Shown here piece after piece: positions 55,362 through 64,000 of a DNA stretch of 64,000 nt (the first letter of the stretch is position 1; each line of letters starts with the position of its first letter). The notes beneath the pieces are model-generated. The model did no database searches, had not been told where the DNA came from, and was given only the letters and a program-made list of their open reading frames with translations. The stretch is from sequence record OR805295.1. The stretch is one strand, 5' to 3'. A program made the position numbers and the translations under genes.

Positions 55362-56110
55362 TTGCGTAAGAAATGTATATACGATAGTGCTATATGTATA
55401 TACAGACAAGTGGCTCTGTTCCATTATTGGATATTGGTAGTAGAAACTATCCCCATCGTGCTGTTAATGTAGTTCCGATAGTGTCGGGTTAACGTTTTAA
55501 CAGTTATTTAAATTATGATTTTGGGTGCCACAGAGATTGTACTTACTAAAAGGACTTAGTAAGAACCGCATATAATCTCGAAACTTGTGTAGGATGTTGG
55601 TCTAACCACGGCATAGAATATATGCCTCAACTACTACACGGAAAGGATGATGCTCTGGTTGAAACAGAGTTTCTATAAATCTTTCAGTATAGATTCCGCA
55701 TGACTGAAAGTTGAAACACCAACATCAATAGACTATAGTTTTTGTTAGTGTGGCTATAGTTTATTCCGGCATTGAAAGTATATACAGTGATGCGAGACAG
55801 TAAGCATTAGTAGCAACTGTATATATGAGTAAGAGGATGCGTTTACAATGAGGAATTACCTATCGGTGCCCGCCTCAGGGATTGCACTTCCCAACGTACA
55901 CTAAACTTCGTACCATACCGAAACATACGTTTCTGTTATTACGATTTCCTTCCCAAACGGGGAGGAAATCTTCTCCGCCCGAATATCATAAGATCAAAAG
56001 CATTAATAATTAATATATAAAATTCGTTTAATTAGTTATTAAGTATATGAGTTGTAGTTTACGAAAACGAATATACTTAATAACTACCAGTGAAGCTTGC
56101 TTCGCTGTTT
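55362..56110 (+). ncRNA. candidate large structured non-coding RNA (~750 nt), family unassigned
   Basis: No ORF of 60 aa or more in the track; at least 10 stems including a long-range 8-bp pair (55593-55600 with 55719-55726); G-U wobbles favour the + strand; dedicated promoter upstream. Confidence 0.6.
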
Positions 56111-56202
56111 AAAATTGCAATTTGTATTTTCAATTTTATATTTTGAAATGTGTTTTTGAAAATCAATCTATAAAATATAATTTTAAATATTATTTTTAAA
56201 TG

Positions 56203-56289
56203 TCATTTTGTGATTTTAATTTAAAATACTATTTCATGATTTAAAATAGAAATATATTAAACAATATCATTTTGTGATTTTAATTTAAA
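56203..56289. repeat. 23-bp AT-rich direct repeat x2
   Basis: tcattttgtgattttaatttaaa at 56203-56225 and 56267-56289. Confidence 0.85.
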
Positions 56290-56340
56290 CAATTTCATAT
56301 AAAACTATTTTGTCTATTTCTTTTATAATCTTAAAGTCAT

Positions 56341-56370
56341 TAAAAACCCTACATTTGTAGGGTTTTTATT
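56341..56370. terminator. bidirectional-type terminator hairpin
   Basis: taaaaaccctaca-tt-tgtagggtttttatt. Confidence 0.8.
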
Positions 56371-57049
56371 TGATTATATGGTATTCGGTTCTAGATATTC
56401 AGATTATAATTAATAACATCTGTATGATAACTATATTTTACAGAAATACATTTACTAATTACATTTGTCAATAAATGGTTATTTTTCTTTATATATTTAA
56501 TACGTCTCAGAGGTATATAGCAAATATGATAAATCGAGGCACATAATATTTGTGTCTATATTTTTTAGTTTTATTACTCTACATAATCTATTATTGATGT
56601 ATACAGTTATATACGCTATGATGTAATAACAAACCAAATTATATAGAGAATATACATTAAACTCTGTTTTGTGTTAAATCGACACTACATATATTATTAT
56701 ATATTGATACCTGCTGTATATAAAACTAATTAGTTATTATGTGCTTTAGAAGAATTCCATTATAATTAGTTTTCTGTGTCATATTCAAATGATGAAAGAA
56801 TATAATTCTTTCATCTATTTTATTATATGTTATTCAAGATTTATAATATAATTTTATAATGTTTGTAATTTATGACACAAGCTATTTTAATAGAATTATA
56901 CTATTCAAAGTTTTGACTTATTTTATGTGTAAAACGACAAAAATAGGCATATATATAAAAAGCACACCTGTTTCCTGTATGAAACAAAATAGTATTTTAT
57001 TAAAAATAGTGTATAGTAGTAAAAACATCATTAATCATGCACGTAATTT

Positions 57050-57271
57050 ATGGTAAACGTAATTAAAGAACTTCCGCCCATTAAAGGATATTGCATAGTT
57101 GTGCGTCATCCAGGCGATACTAGATTTAGCTGGGTATCGCTAGACGATCAATATATGCTGGTAGACAATCCAGTAGTTTTAAATGATGAATTTGACAATT
57201 GTAAAAACGAATGGCCGGATGCTGAAATAAAAATAGTAGAAGTATATATTGTCCCGGAGAAGGTGTTATGA
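57050..57271 (+). CDS. small hypothetical protein, paralog A
   Basis: Ends IVEVYIVPEKVL. Confidence 0.65.
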   Translation: MVNVIKELPPIKGYCIVVRHPGDTRFSWVSLDDQYMLVDNPVVLNDEFDNCKNEWPDAEIKIVEVYIVPEKVL

Positions 57272-57486
57272 ATGCTATATCTAAAATATCTCCGTCTAAA
57301 TGTTATACTGTCGTAGTTACAGATAATAATTGGAAATCATGCACGTGGATAAATTATCATGATTCTCCGGTTGTAGAATATGATATTTCTAAAATATCAT
57401 CTATACTGGAATCTTGTAAGAAAAAGTTTGGCGATAGTAATGTAAGGGTAATGGAAATACATTTAGTACCGGAAAACTTTTTATGA
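57268..57486 (+). CDS. small hypothetical protein, paralog B
   Basis: Ends VMEIHLVPENFL; ATGA overlap with paralog A. Confidence 0.65.
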   Translation: MNAISKISPSKCYTVVVTDNNWKSCTWINYHDSPVVEYDISKISSILESCKKKFGDSNVRVMEIHLVPENFL

Positions 57487-57692
57487 AAATTCGTTATATA
57501 TTACTATTAATATTATCAGACTTACAAACACTAGTAAAGGTACAGGCATTTTTATTTGCATCGCTTCCCTGTGTTATTTTGTTTCTTCCTGCATCGTTCT
57601 TTATTACATTAGTTATAACAATTGCCATAGTATGGATAATAAGTTTACTATCTTATTTGCTTATTAATAAACTGATACAAACGAGGAGCTAA
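57483..57692 (+). CDS. small membrane protein
   Basis: Long hydrophobic stretch; ATGA overlap. Confidence 0.55.
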   Translation: MKIRYILLLILSDLQTLVKVQAFLFASLPCVILFLPASFFITLVITIAIVWIISLLSYLLINKLIQTRS

Positions 57693-57694
57693 AA

Positions 57695-57892
57695 ATGGCA
57701 GGTCTAAGAAAATGCATTGATGAATTCTGCAAAGGATGCATTTATGATCCTGAGTCTACCGGTAGTTGGCGCCAACAAGTAGAAAATTGTAGTGCTAAAT
57801 CATGCGAACTATGGGAAGTTCGACCTGTTTCGGTAGGAACTAAACAAGAAAGAATTATTGCAAAACAAAAAAGTTCACAAGAACTTGCGTAA
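57695..57892 (+). CDS. small Cys-rich (possible Zn-binding) protein
   Basis: C..FCKGCIYD...WRQQV.NC...SC.LW.VRP; GAGGAG RBS. Confidence 0.65.
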   Translation: MAGLRKCIDEFCKGCIYDPESTGSWRQQVENCSAKSCELWEVRPVSVGTKQERIIAKQKSSQELA

Positions 57893-57928
57893 GACAGCTA
57901 ACCAACCTAACTCTAGGTTAACCCTAGG

Positions 57929-57957
57929 TTGACTCATTTGTTGGATAGCACTATACT
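57929..57957 (+). promoter_or_regulatory. sigma70-type promoter
   Basis: TTGACT-17 bp-TATACT. Confidence 0.8.
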
Positions 57958-57995
57958 TGTAGCATGTTTAAAAAACATAGCTAGGAGTAGCATTT

Positions 57996-59159
57996 ATGAG
58001 TCAGATGTACGTAACTATCACTAACGGAATGTACCGTAACCAGCAAGTAAACGGCACATTCCTTTTACTTGAAGATGTGAAAGTTACTGGGTCGGGAAAA
58101 CGAGTTATTAACGTATTAGGCGCATTGCCGGAATGGTCTCAACATAAATGTAGAGTTACACTCGGTAATGACGCAACAGTACAGTATTCGAACGAACAAG
58201 GAGAGGTTTTAGATTTGCCTAATGTTATACGTCCGTTTGTGGGCGAAAATAATAATAATAATAATAATGTTCCTGCATCTAGTCGCGGTACAGTGTATGA
58301 AGGCACCGCAGTAGAAATTGACTACGAAAAGCAATACCAACAGCTAGAATCCGAAAACGATGCAATGAATCGTATCAAACGGACTTTTGAGATTGTAAAT
58401 GAACTAACAGAGGCTGCCGCGGCAGGCGAAATCCGTTCTATGATCATCTCTGGTCCTCCCGGAATCGGAAAAAGCTTCGGTGTAGAAGAAACACTAAACA
58501 GGTGTTTCTTGTTAGATAAAATTAAAGATAATAAAGAACCGTTTGAGATCGTGAAGGGCGCTGCAAGTGCAATTGGTGTTTACCAAAAGCTTTACGAATT
58601 TAAAGATAAAGGTAAAATCCTTATTTTCGATGATTGCGACCGCGTACTATTTGACGAAGATAGTCTAAATCTCCTTAAAGGTGCATTAGATACTACTAAG
58701 CGTAGAACTATTTACTGGCTTAGTGAGTCCCGCGTTTTAAAAGAAAATGATATTCCACCTAAATTCGATTTCGAAGGTAGTGTAATTTTCCTTACTAACC
58801 TTAACTTCGAGGATACAAAGTCCCGAATTGGAAGGCACCTAGAAGCAATTATGTCCCGGTGTCATTATTTAGACATGGAAATTAGTAGTACGAGAGACCA
58901 GATCCTTCGTATTAAACAAGTTGTGCGCGACGGGATGCTTAGTAAATATGAATTTAATAACGGAGAAGATGAAGAAATCCTAGAATATATTATCGATAAT
59001 CAGAATGATCTGCGAGAACTTAGCTTGCGTATGGTAATTAAAATTGCCGATCTGATTAAATTCAAAAAAGATGGTTGGCGAGAATATGCAGAGACAACTG
59101 TACTGAAACGGAATGCAAAATTCCGGCGGCTGTATAACGAAAAGTACAGTGATATTTAA
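57996..59159 (+). CDS. phage AAA+ ATPase
   Basis: ISGPPGIGKS (Walker A), ILIFDDCD (Walker B), IFLTN, AIMSRC. Poly-Asn linker. Confidence 0.85.
   Translation: MSQMYVTITNGMYRNQQVNGTFLLLEDVKVTGSGKRVINVLGALPEWSQHKCRVTLGNDATVQYSNEQGEVLDLPNVIRPFVGENNNNNNNVPASSRGTVYEGTAVEIDYEKQYQQLESENDAMNRIKRTFEIVNELTEAAAAGEIRSMIISGPPGIGKSFGVEETLNRCFLLDKIKDNKEPFEIVKGAASAIGVYQKLYEFKDKGKILIFDDCDRVLFDEDSLNLLKGALDTTKRRTIYWLSESRVLKENDIPPKFDFEGSVIFLTNLNFEDTKSRIGRHLEAIMSRCHYLDMEISSTRDQILRIKQVVRDGMLSKYEFNNGEDEEILEYIIDNQNDLRELSLRMVIKIADLIKFKKDGWREYAETTVLKRNAKFRRLYNEKYSDI
58248..58268 (+). repeat. (AAT)7 in-frame microsatellite encoding N7
   Basis: aataataataataataataat. Confidence 0.9.
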
Positions 59160-59202
59160 TACACAATAAAGTAGCAAGGATGCTACTTTCCGGAGATACG
59201 GT

Positions 59203-59760
59203 ATGAATCATTGTGTTAGGTTTGCTTTTTTAGATAGAAATATAAAAAGTTCTATAACAACGTTTATAGTTATACCTTTAATTCTTACGTCTGTAATATA
59301 TTTCCTTTTTTCAGAACAAAATGTGTGGCCAGCGTGTTTTTATTTTGTCACTATGCTTATAATTTTGTTTATTGCAGAACTAGCAGCATGTTCATCTGGA
59401 AATTTTTTTAATTGTGCTTTAAGTATATTCTCTATTTTTAGAAATATTGGTCACTTTGACACAACTTGGAAAATAACAAATGATGGTTTTATTTATTCTT
59501 TAAAAGATGACGAAACTATACACATCTTTGTAAATAAAAACGGTGTATATTTACATAATAATGGAAAATTTATTTATGTAGATAATGTTAAAAATACTAA
59601 AATAGATTTATCTAAACTGTCTCACCCGGTATTTATATTAATAACATTTTACCTAAAACATAAACTCAAAGAAGATATGATACTGGCAGATTTATACGGA
59701 TCAGTAAGTTCTAGTGTATTTATGAATGATGAAGATTTTCAAAAATTATACAGACGCTAA
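59203..59760 (+). CDS. membrane protein
   Basis: Two or three N-terminal hydrophobic segments. Confidence 0.6.
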   Translation: MNHCVRFAFLDRNIKSSITTFIVIPLILTSVIYFLFSEQNVWPACFYFVTMLIILFIAELAACSSGNFFNCALSIFSIFRNIGHFDTTWKITNDGFIYSLKDDETIHIFVNKNGVYLHNNGKFIYVDNVKNTKIDLSKLSHPVFILITFYLKHKLKEDMILADLYGSVSSSVFMNDEDFQKLYRR

Positions 59761-60136
59761 AAAATATCTAAATACGTTTGTTTCTTGTAAACCAGAACAA
59801 ACGGATATGCATAGTGTATTGAATGGATATCAAAATTATTGTATATTCTCGTGTTTAATAGATTCTGCACAAAATTTAATAACAACTAAATTTTCTGATA
59901 CTAATACTAATTCATATGAATGGATTATTTCGTACAAAGAAAATAATAAAAATATAACATATTCTGTTGAAAACAAAACAGACATCCTAAAGAATAACGG
60001 GTTGTCTGTTGCCTTTATTGTATGTAGGGCAAAAATAGTGTATACTAATAAATTAACAGAATTTGGTAAAACTAAATTAAAAGAAAAAAGAAATATTCTG
60101 TTAATAGACAGAGATAAAGAAAAACTAAAAATATAA
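59726..60136 (+). CDS. hypothetical protein
   Basis: 136-aa ORF. Confidence 0.55.
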   Translation: MMKIFKNYTDAKKYLNTFVSCKPEQTDMHSVLNGYQNYCIFSCLIDSAQNLITTKFSDTNTNSYEWIISYKENNKNITYSVENKTDILKNNGLSVAFIVCRAKIVYTNKLTEFGKTKLKEKRNILLIDRDKEKLKI

Positions 60137-60138
60137 CC

Positions 60139-61005
60139 ATGAATAGTATAATTATAAAAACAAAAAAAGATCTTTTATACGAAACAACACTGTCGAATTT
60201 AGGATTTATAACAACTACTATACAAGTAGGTGATATAGTAGAGTTCGATAAAATAGAAGAAGAACTTAATTCTAAAGATTTCTTTACTGCTTTTGTACGT
60301 ACATCTACTCATTTTCAATACGAAATAGCAAAACTTTGTGCTTCGAGATGTAAAATTGTTTTCATAGACATAAATGGTTTTAGATCGGCACAAGAATGGG
60401 AAGATATTAAAAAAGAATTTCCGTATACTAGATTTATTTTATTAAAAAATAATATGTGGAATTCTAATATTTCTGATTTTAAAAAATTAATGCCAGACAC
60501 AAAGGCAATTAATATAAAATGTCTTAATAAAAACAAATTAAATTCTTTAGATTACTGGAACACAATTAAGGGTTTTTCGTTCGGCGGAACAAGCAGAGAT
60601 ATATTGCCTCATTTACTAAGTATATTTGTTTCATTAAATGATGATTTTGCAGAATCTGTAGCAACAGAGACAATATTAAAACGTAATTTGTCATTATCAG
60701 ATATAAAAAAATATATACCGGGTCCTGGTTTAATTTATGATGTAGACGATTATTTTAATGTGTCGTATCAATCTAAAATAATATGTAATTTAGAAGCTGA
60801 CTGGAAAAGTAATAAAACTGATGTAAAAAATATAGAATTCATTTTAAATGACGATACTAGTAGTTTATTCGATATAGATTATAATGAAGAATCATCATAT
60901 TCTCGGATGATATCTAACTGTGTACAAAATTTAAGTAACGAAGGATTTTGGAGTTATCATTATTTAATAGATGAATGGATACTTAAACAAATAGAGAATT
61001 TATAA
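60139..61005 (+). CDS. degenerate Gfo/Idh/MocA-type oxidoreductase-like protein
   Basis: Family-like spacing (THFQYEIAK..A..CKIVFID.NG; GGTSRDILPHLLS), but GxGxxG and EKP are absent. Confidence 0.5.
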   Translation: MNSIIIKTKKDLLYETTLSNLGFITTTIQVGDIVEFDKIEEELNSKDFFTAFVRTSTHFQYEIAKLCASRCKIVFIDINGFRSAQEWEDIKKEFPYTRFILLKNNMWNSNISDFKKLMPDTKAINIKCLNKNKLNSLDYWNTIKGFSFGGTSRDILPHLLSIFVSLNDDFAESVATETILKRNLSLSDIKKYIPGPGLIYDVDDYFNVSYQSKIICNLEADWKSNKTDVKNIEFILNDDTSSLFDIDYNEESSYSRMISNCVQNLSNEGFWSYHYLIDEWILKQIENL

Positions 61006-61907
61006 TGAAGGTCCGTTATTTTCATCCCATAAACAATGTATTCGAAGAAACAGTATGGGATAAGCCCGATATAAAAAATACAGAAATTGAAGTTAAAACA
61101 AAATATGTAGGTGTTTCCAATAATGATTTAAATGTAATTTATAACCAAACACCTTATGCTAGTAACAAATATGGTTGTGAAAGTGTAGGTATAGTAACAA
61201 AAGTTGGATCTAAAATTACTGATGTAAAAGTGGGAGATTTTGTAGCCACAACTACGAATCATTTATATTCAGATTTTTATAATTGTAAAACAGAAGAATA
61301 TGTAAAAATTCCTAAATGTTCTCCTAGATATATTTTAGAACCAATTGCTCGATCATTAAATTTAATAACACAAAATTGGAACAAATTTGTAGAGTTAAAT
61401 AGAAACGAAGGTAAAATACTTATTCTAGGATCTGGTTTTGTTGCATCTGTACTGTATACTGTCTTAACAAAAGAACACGATGTTGATCCTAATAGAATAT
61501 ATGTTGTTGGATCTCATAATAAATCTATCTTTAATAAATCGTTGTATAATACTCTACCGATTCACTTGTATGACATAGTGTTTGATCTGCAGGGCATGAA
61601 CACACCCTTAACAAATAATATATTGAATACGAATTCCTTATTAATAATAGGTGCCGCAGGTAAACCGACTTTAATAGATTTAAATCTATTAGCACATAAA
61701 TCTGTTACAATAAATTTCCCTAGTCCCGATAATAATAAATTTTACGAATCATTAAATGATGCATGTAGAATAGTAGAAACTAAAATCTTTGATCCTAATA
61801 AATTTTGGACTAAGGGATATAAAAGAGACACTGAATGGAAAAGTGCATTCAGTACAGGGATTAATCGCCCGAAACATTATAATTATGGTTATATTATTTG
61901 GAACTAA
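61005..61907 (+). CDS. medium-chain dehydrogenase/reductase (GroES-like ADH)-like protein lacking Zn ligands
   Basis: IEVKTKYVGVS..DL, GCESVGIVTKVGSKITDVKVGDFV, LEPIA, ILILGSGF. Confidence 0.7.
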   Translation: MKVRYFHPINNVFEETVWDKPDIKNTEIEVKTKYVGVSNNDLNVIYNQTPYASNKYGCESVGIVTKVGSKITDVKVGDFVATTTNHLYSDFYNCKTEEYVKIPKCSPRYILEPIARSLNLITQNWNKFVELNRNEGKILILGSGFVASVLYTVLTKEHDVDPNRIYVVGSHNKSIFNKSLYNTLPIHLYDIVFDLQGMNTPLTNNILNTNSLLIIGAAGKPTLIDLNLLAHKSVTINFPSPDNNKFYESLNDACRIVETKIFDPNKFWTKGYKRDTEWKSAFSTGINRPKHYNYGYIIWN

Positions 61908-61909
61908 CA

Positions 61910-62416
61910 ATGGATAGAAAAGAAGTAATTTATTTTATAGGAACAGAAGTCGAACATACTCCAGTATACGGTGAAAAAACACTTTTTGTTGCTGGTCCCC
62001 AAGACGGCGACGAAGTAGTAAGTAATGCATTGAAACATAACTGTAAACATATATATTTCGGTGCTAATCAAAGTTTCCCTCTACACGAAATAGATATAAC
62101 AGAAGTAATTAAATGGAAACAAATGATACTGCATTGCTTAAATAAAGGATTTTGGTGTACTTTAGATTTTGATATATGCAATTCTTCTGCAATTTTAGAA
62201 ATGGATTTATCTAAGTATGATAAATTTATTCCTATTATAAGTGCAAAAATACCAAATATATCCGAATACAATAAAAACACTATATTAAAGATAGATGATA
62301 TAGGTTTTGATGAAACTAACGAAGGAGTATGGTGTCATAAGTTAAATGATTTAAAAGATAATACCGTACATACTAGCTGGGACAAATATACAGGAGATAT
62401 TTCAATTGACGAATAA
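61910..62416 (+). CDS. hypothetical protein
   Basis: YFIGTEVEHTP..GEKTLFV, HIYFGANQSF, GVWCH; ATG 61910 preferred. Confidence 0.7.
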   Translation: MDRKEVIYFIGTEVEHTPVYGEKTLFVAGPQDGDEVVSNALKHNCKHIYFGANQSFPLHEIDITEVIKWKQMILHCLNKGFWCTLDFDICNSSAILEMDLSKYDKFIPIISAKIPNISEYNKNTILKIDDIGFDETNEGVWCHKLNDLKDNTVHTSWDKYTGDISIDE

Positions 62417-62711
62417 AATTAATTATAGCAAAGTATATGAACCAAAAGGCGCACTATATAGAATTCGTCGCATTTCTGACGGTGCATTTAGCACAGGGTC
62501 TTCTAGTCCGGTGTTTGTAACTTCTGGTCCGGGAAAAGTATTCAATACTTTAGGTAAACTTAGATCTCATCTTACTACTATTCGTAATAACCCGGTTTTA
62601 CAAGACATATACAACGAATGTGAAATTGTTCAGTATGTAGAAGCTGACCAGCCAACATACACTCTAGCTGAACACACAGAATTACTTATACTTAAAAAGT
62701 TAACACAATAA
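62406..62711 (+). CDS. hypothetical protein
   Basis: 101-aa ORF with TTG start. Confidence 0.6.
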   Translation: MTNKINYSKVYEPKGALYRIRRISDGAFSTGSSSPVFVTSGPGKVFNTLGKLRSHLTTIRNNPVLQDIYNECEIVQYVEADQPTYTLAEHTELLILKKLTQ

Positions 62712-62774
62712 CGCGCTTTACTGCGCGTTAATTTGCGCGTATGCTGCAAAAACATGTAACACTAGAGCTTATAT

Positions 62775-63251
62775 ATGCTTATGCTTAAAAAGCTGTATAA
62801 CGCAATTTATGCGTTCCTTAACGAACTTGCTTATATAAAATATATAAGATTCTATGTCTTCTTTAAATGTGTTCATAAGCATCATGTATCGGAAATACTT
62901 CTGTTAAGTAATCTAGCAGGTACGACTATAGGAGCATATAGATTTGAACGTCTCGGAAGCATGGATTATTGCACTATATCGATTGACATGCCACTCGACG
63001 AGGATTATTTTATTGCCTGTAATACAAAAGGAATTATTTCTGTAGCAAAATGTAATCTCATATCAATGAATTTTTATGATTTTGGTACACAATTATCAAA
63101 CTATTACTTTTTTAAATACGACAATACATCGAATGGTTCGTTTTTTGTGTATCCATCCAAAAATTATTTAGTACATCCAGAAGTAATATCTTATATAAAG
63201 AAATATAATAATGAGAGTTTATATAAAAGAACAACGTATTTGCCGGGGTAA
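62775..63251 (+). CDS. hypothetical protein
   Basis: 158-aa ORF. Confidence 0.55.
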   Translation: MLMLKKLYNAIYAFLNELAYIKYIRFYVFFKCVHKHHVSEILLLSNLAGTTIGAYRFERLGSMDYCTISIDMPLDEDYFIACNTKGIISVAKCNLISMNFYDFGTQLSNYYFFKYDNTSNGSFFVYPSKNYLVHPEVISYIKKYNNESLYKRTTYLPG

Positions 63252-63450
63252 TGCCGAAATATACGATATAGTTATCAGACAGGAAGGTTATTTAGAATTT
63301 CTAGAAGAAACAGAAACAGAATACACAGGATTTCTAAATGTTGTTAAAATATACAAATGCACCGATGGGTATCAAAAACGAATTCATACAACAAAACAGA
63401 AGTTTTCTTTTCCGAAAGATTCTGACGAAATACTTATAATAGAATTATAG
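63211..63450 (+). CDS. hypothetical protein
   Basis: 79-aa ORF; start uncertain. Confidence 0.45.
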   Translation: MRVYIKEQRICRGNAEIYDIVIRQEGYLEFLEETETEYTGFLNVVKIYKCTDGYQKRIHTTKQKFSFPKDSDEILIIEL

Positions 63451-63460
63451 GAATTTCTGC

Positions 63461-64000
63461 ATGACTACAACTGAGGCAACTCTACTTAGTCTCGCTATCG
63501 CTGCAAGTTGTATGGTAGCAGACAAAATGTATTCTAAAGAATTTGAATACATTACTAACCTTAAAATAAAAGAAGAAAAACTAAAAGAAGAATTTGCTAT
63601 AAATGATGAAGATAAAATAAAATCATACATAGCATTGTGTAAAAGAAGAAAGAATTGCAGGGCAGTAGCAGAAGCAATATATTATGAAGCGCGTAGTGAA
63701 TCTAGGATAGGAATGCAAGGTGTAGCATTTACGATATTAAATAGAGCCATGAATCCTACTAGATGGCCCAACACCCCGTACAGTGTGGTTTACTATAAAT
63801 GCCAATTTAGTTATACTTGCGACGGCAGTAGAAAACAAGGTTTTAAAGAAAAAGATAAATGGGATTTAGCTAATATAGTAGCATATAGGGCTATAAATAG
63901 ACTATCTAGCGATCCCACCAACGGCGCTGATCATTATTATGCACCGCACAGAGTAAGCAAACCGTATTGGGCAAAGAAAATGAGAAAAACTGCCAAATTA
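63461..64000 (+). CDS. SleB-like cell wall hydrolase (Hydrolase_2), truncated by window end
   Basis: Not in the track because no stop lies in the window. Manual translation from ATG 63461 gives AEAIYYEARSES, VAFTILNR, VVYYKCQFSY, DPTNGADHYY and PYWA. Confidence 0.88.
   Translation, partial: MTTTEATLLSLAIAASCMVADKMYSKEFEYITNLKIKEEKLKEEFAINDEDKIKSYIALCKRRKNCRAVAEAIYYEARSESRIGMQGVAFTILNRAMNPTRWPNTPYSVVYYKCQFSYTCDGSRKQGFKEKDKWDLANIVAYRAINRLSSDPTNGADHYYAPHRVSKPYWAKKMRKTAKL

Noticed and set aside
55362-56110. Group I or group II intron, tmRNA, RNase P or tRNA interpretation of the structured region
   Set aside because: No interrupted gene flanks it; no paired GACUA/UAGUC P7, no domain V consensus, and no tRNA-like acceptor or T-loop ends were recognised by eye. 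A covariance search is still needed.
56203-56289. Mini-CRISPR reading of the 23-bp repeats
   Set aside because: Two copies, almost all A/T, non-palindromic; better explained as an AT-rich duplication or iteron.
56859-57056. 65-aa ORF before the early operon
   Set aside because: No RBS, extremely AT-rich, low complexity; likely chance.
1-64000. Stop-codon reassignment (alternative genetic code)
   Set aside because: Long conserved genes are intact in the standard code, and TAA, TAG and TGA all occur at plausible gene ends.

Overview
This window looks like part of a large, AT-rich, lytic dsDNA tailed (jumbo-type) bacteriophage genome read in the standard genetic code. No tRNA, rRNA, CRISPR array or integrase was recognised. 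Order of modules: phoH (cut by the window edge); a DnaJ + ClpA-like chaperone pair; a ~20 kb virion block of repeat-rich tail-fibre/adhesin genes with a putative holin, a cytidylyltransferase and Kelch and LamG proteins; a family B DNA polymerase in two genes; a clamp-like gene; a 7-deazaguanine-type modification cluster (TGT/DpdA-like, glycosyltransferase, QueD-like, PRTase, QueE); an RNase H/5'-3' exonuclease; a GC-rich MoxR AAA+ and metallopeptidase-VWA pair separated by an AT-rich insert; an HNH gene; a 1.8 kb non-coding divergence point; an AAA+ ATPase; degenerate oxidoreductases; and a SleB-like hydrolase (cut by the edge). Three highlights: (1) the polymerase is fractured by a naturally split, cysteine-free intein with a free-standing endonuclease gene between the halves; (2) a ~750-nt ORF-free, densely base-paired segment with its own sigma70-type promoter (about 55362-56110) is a candidate large non-coding RNA; (3) the deazaguanine cluster carries an unusual glycosyltransferase + PRTase combination. 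All protein calls come from motif recognition by eye; no database searches were run.
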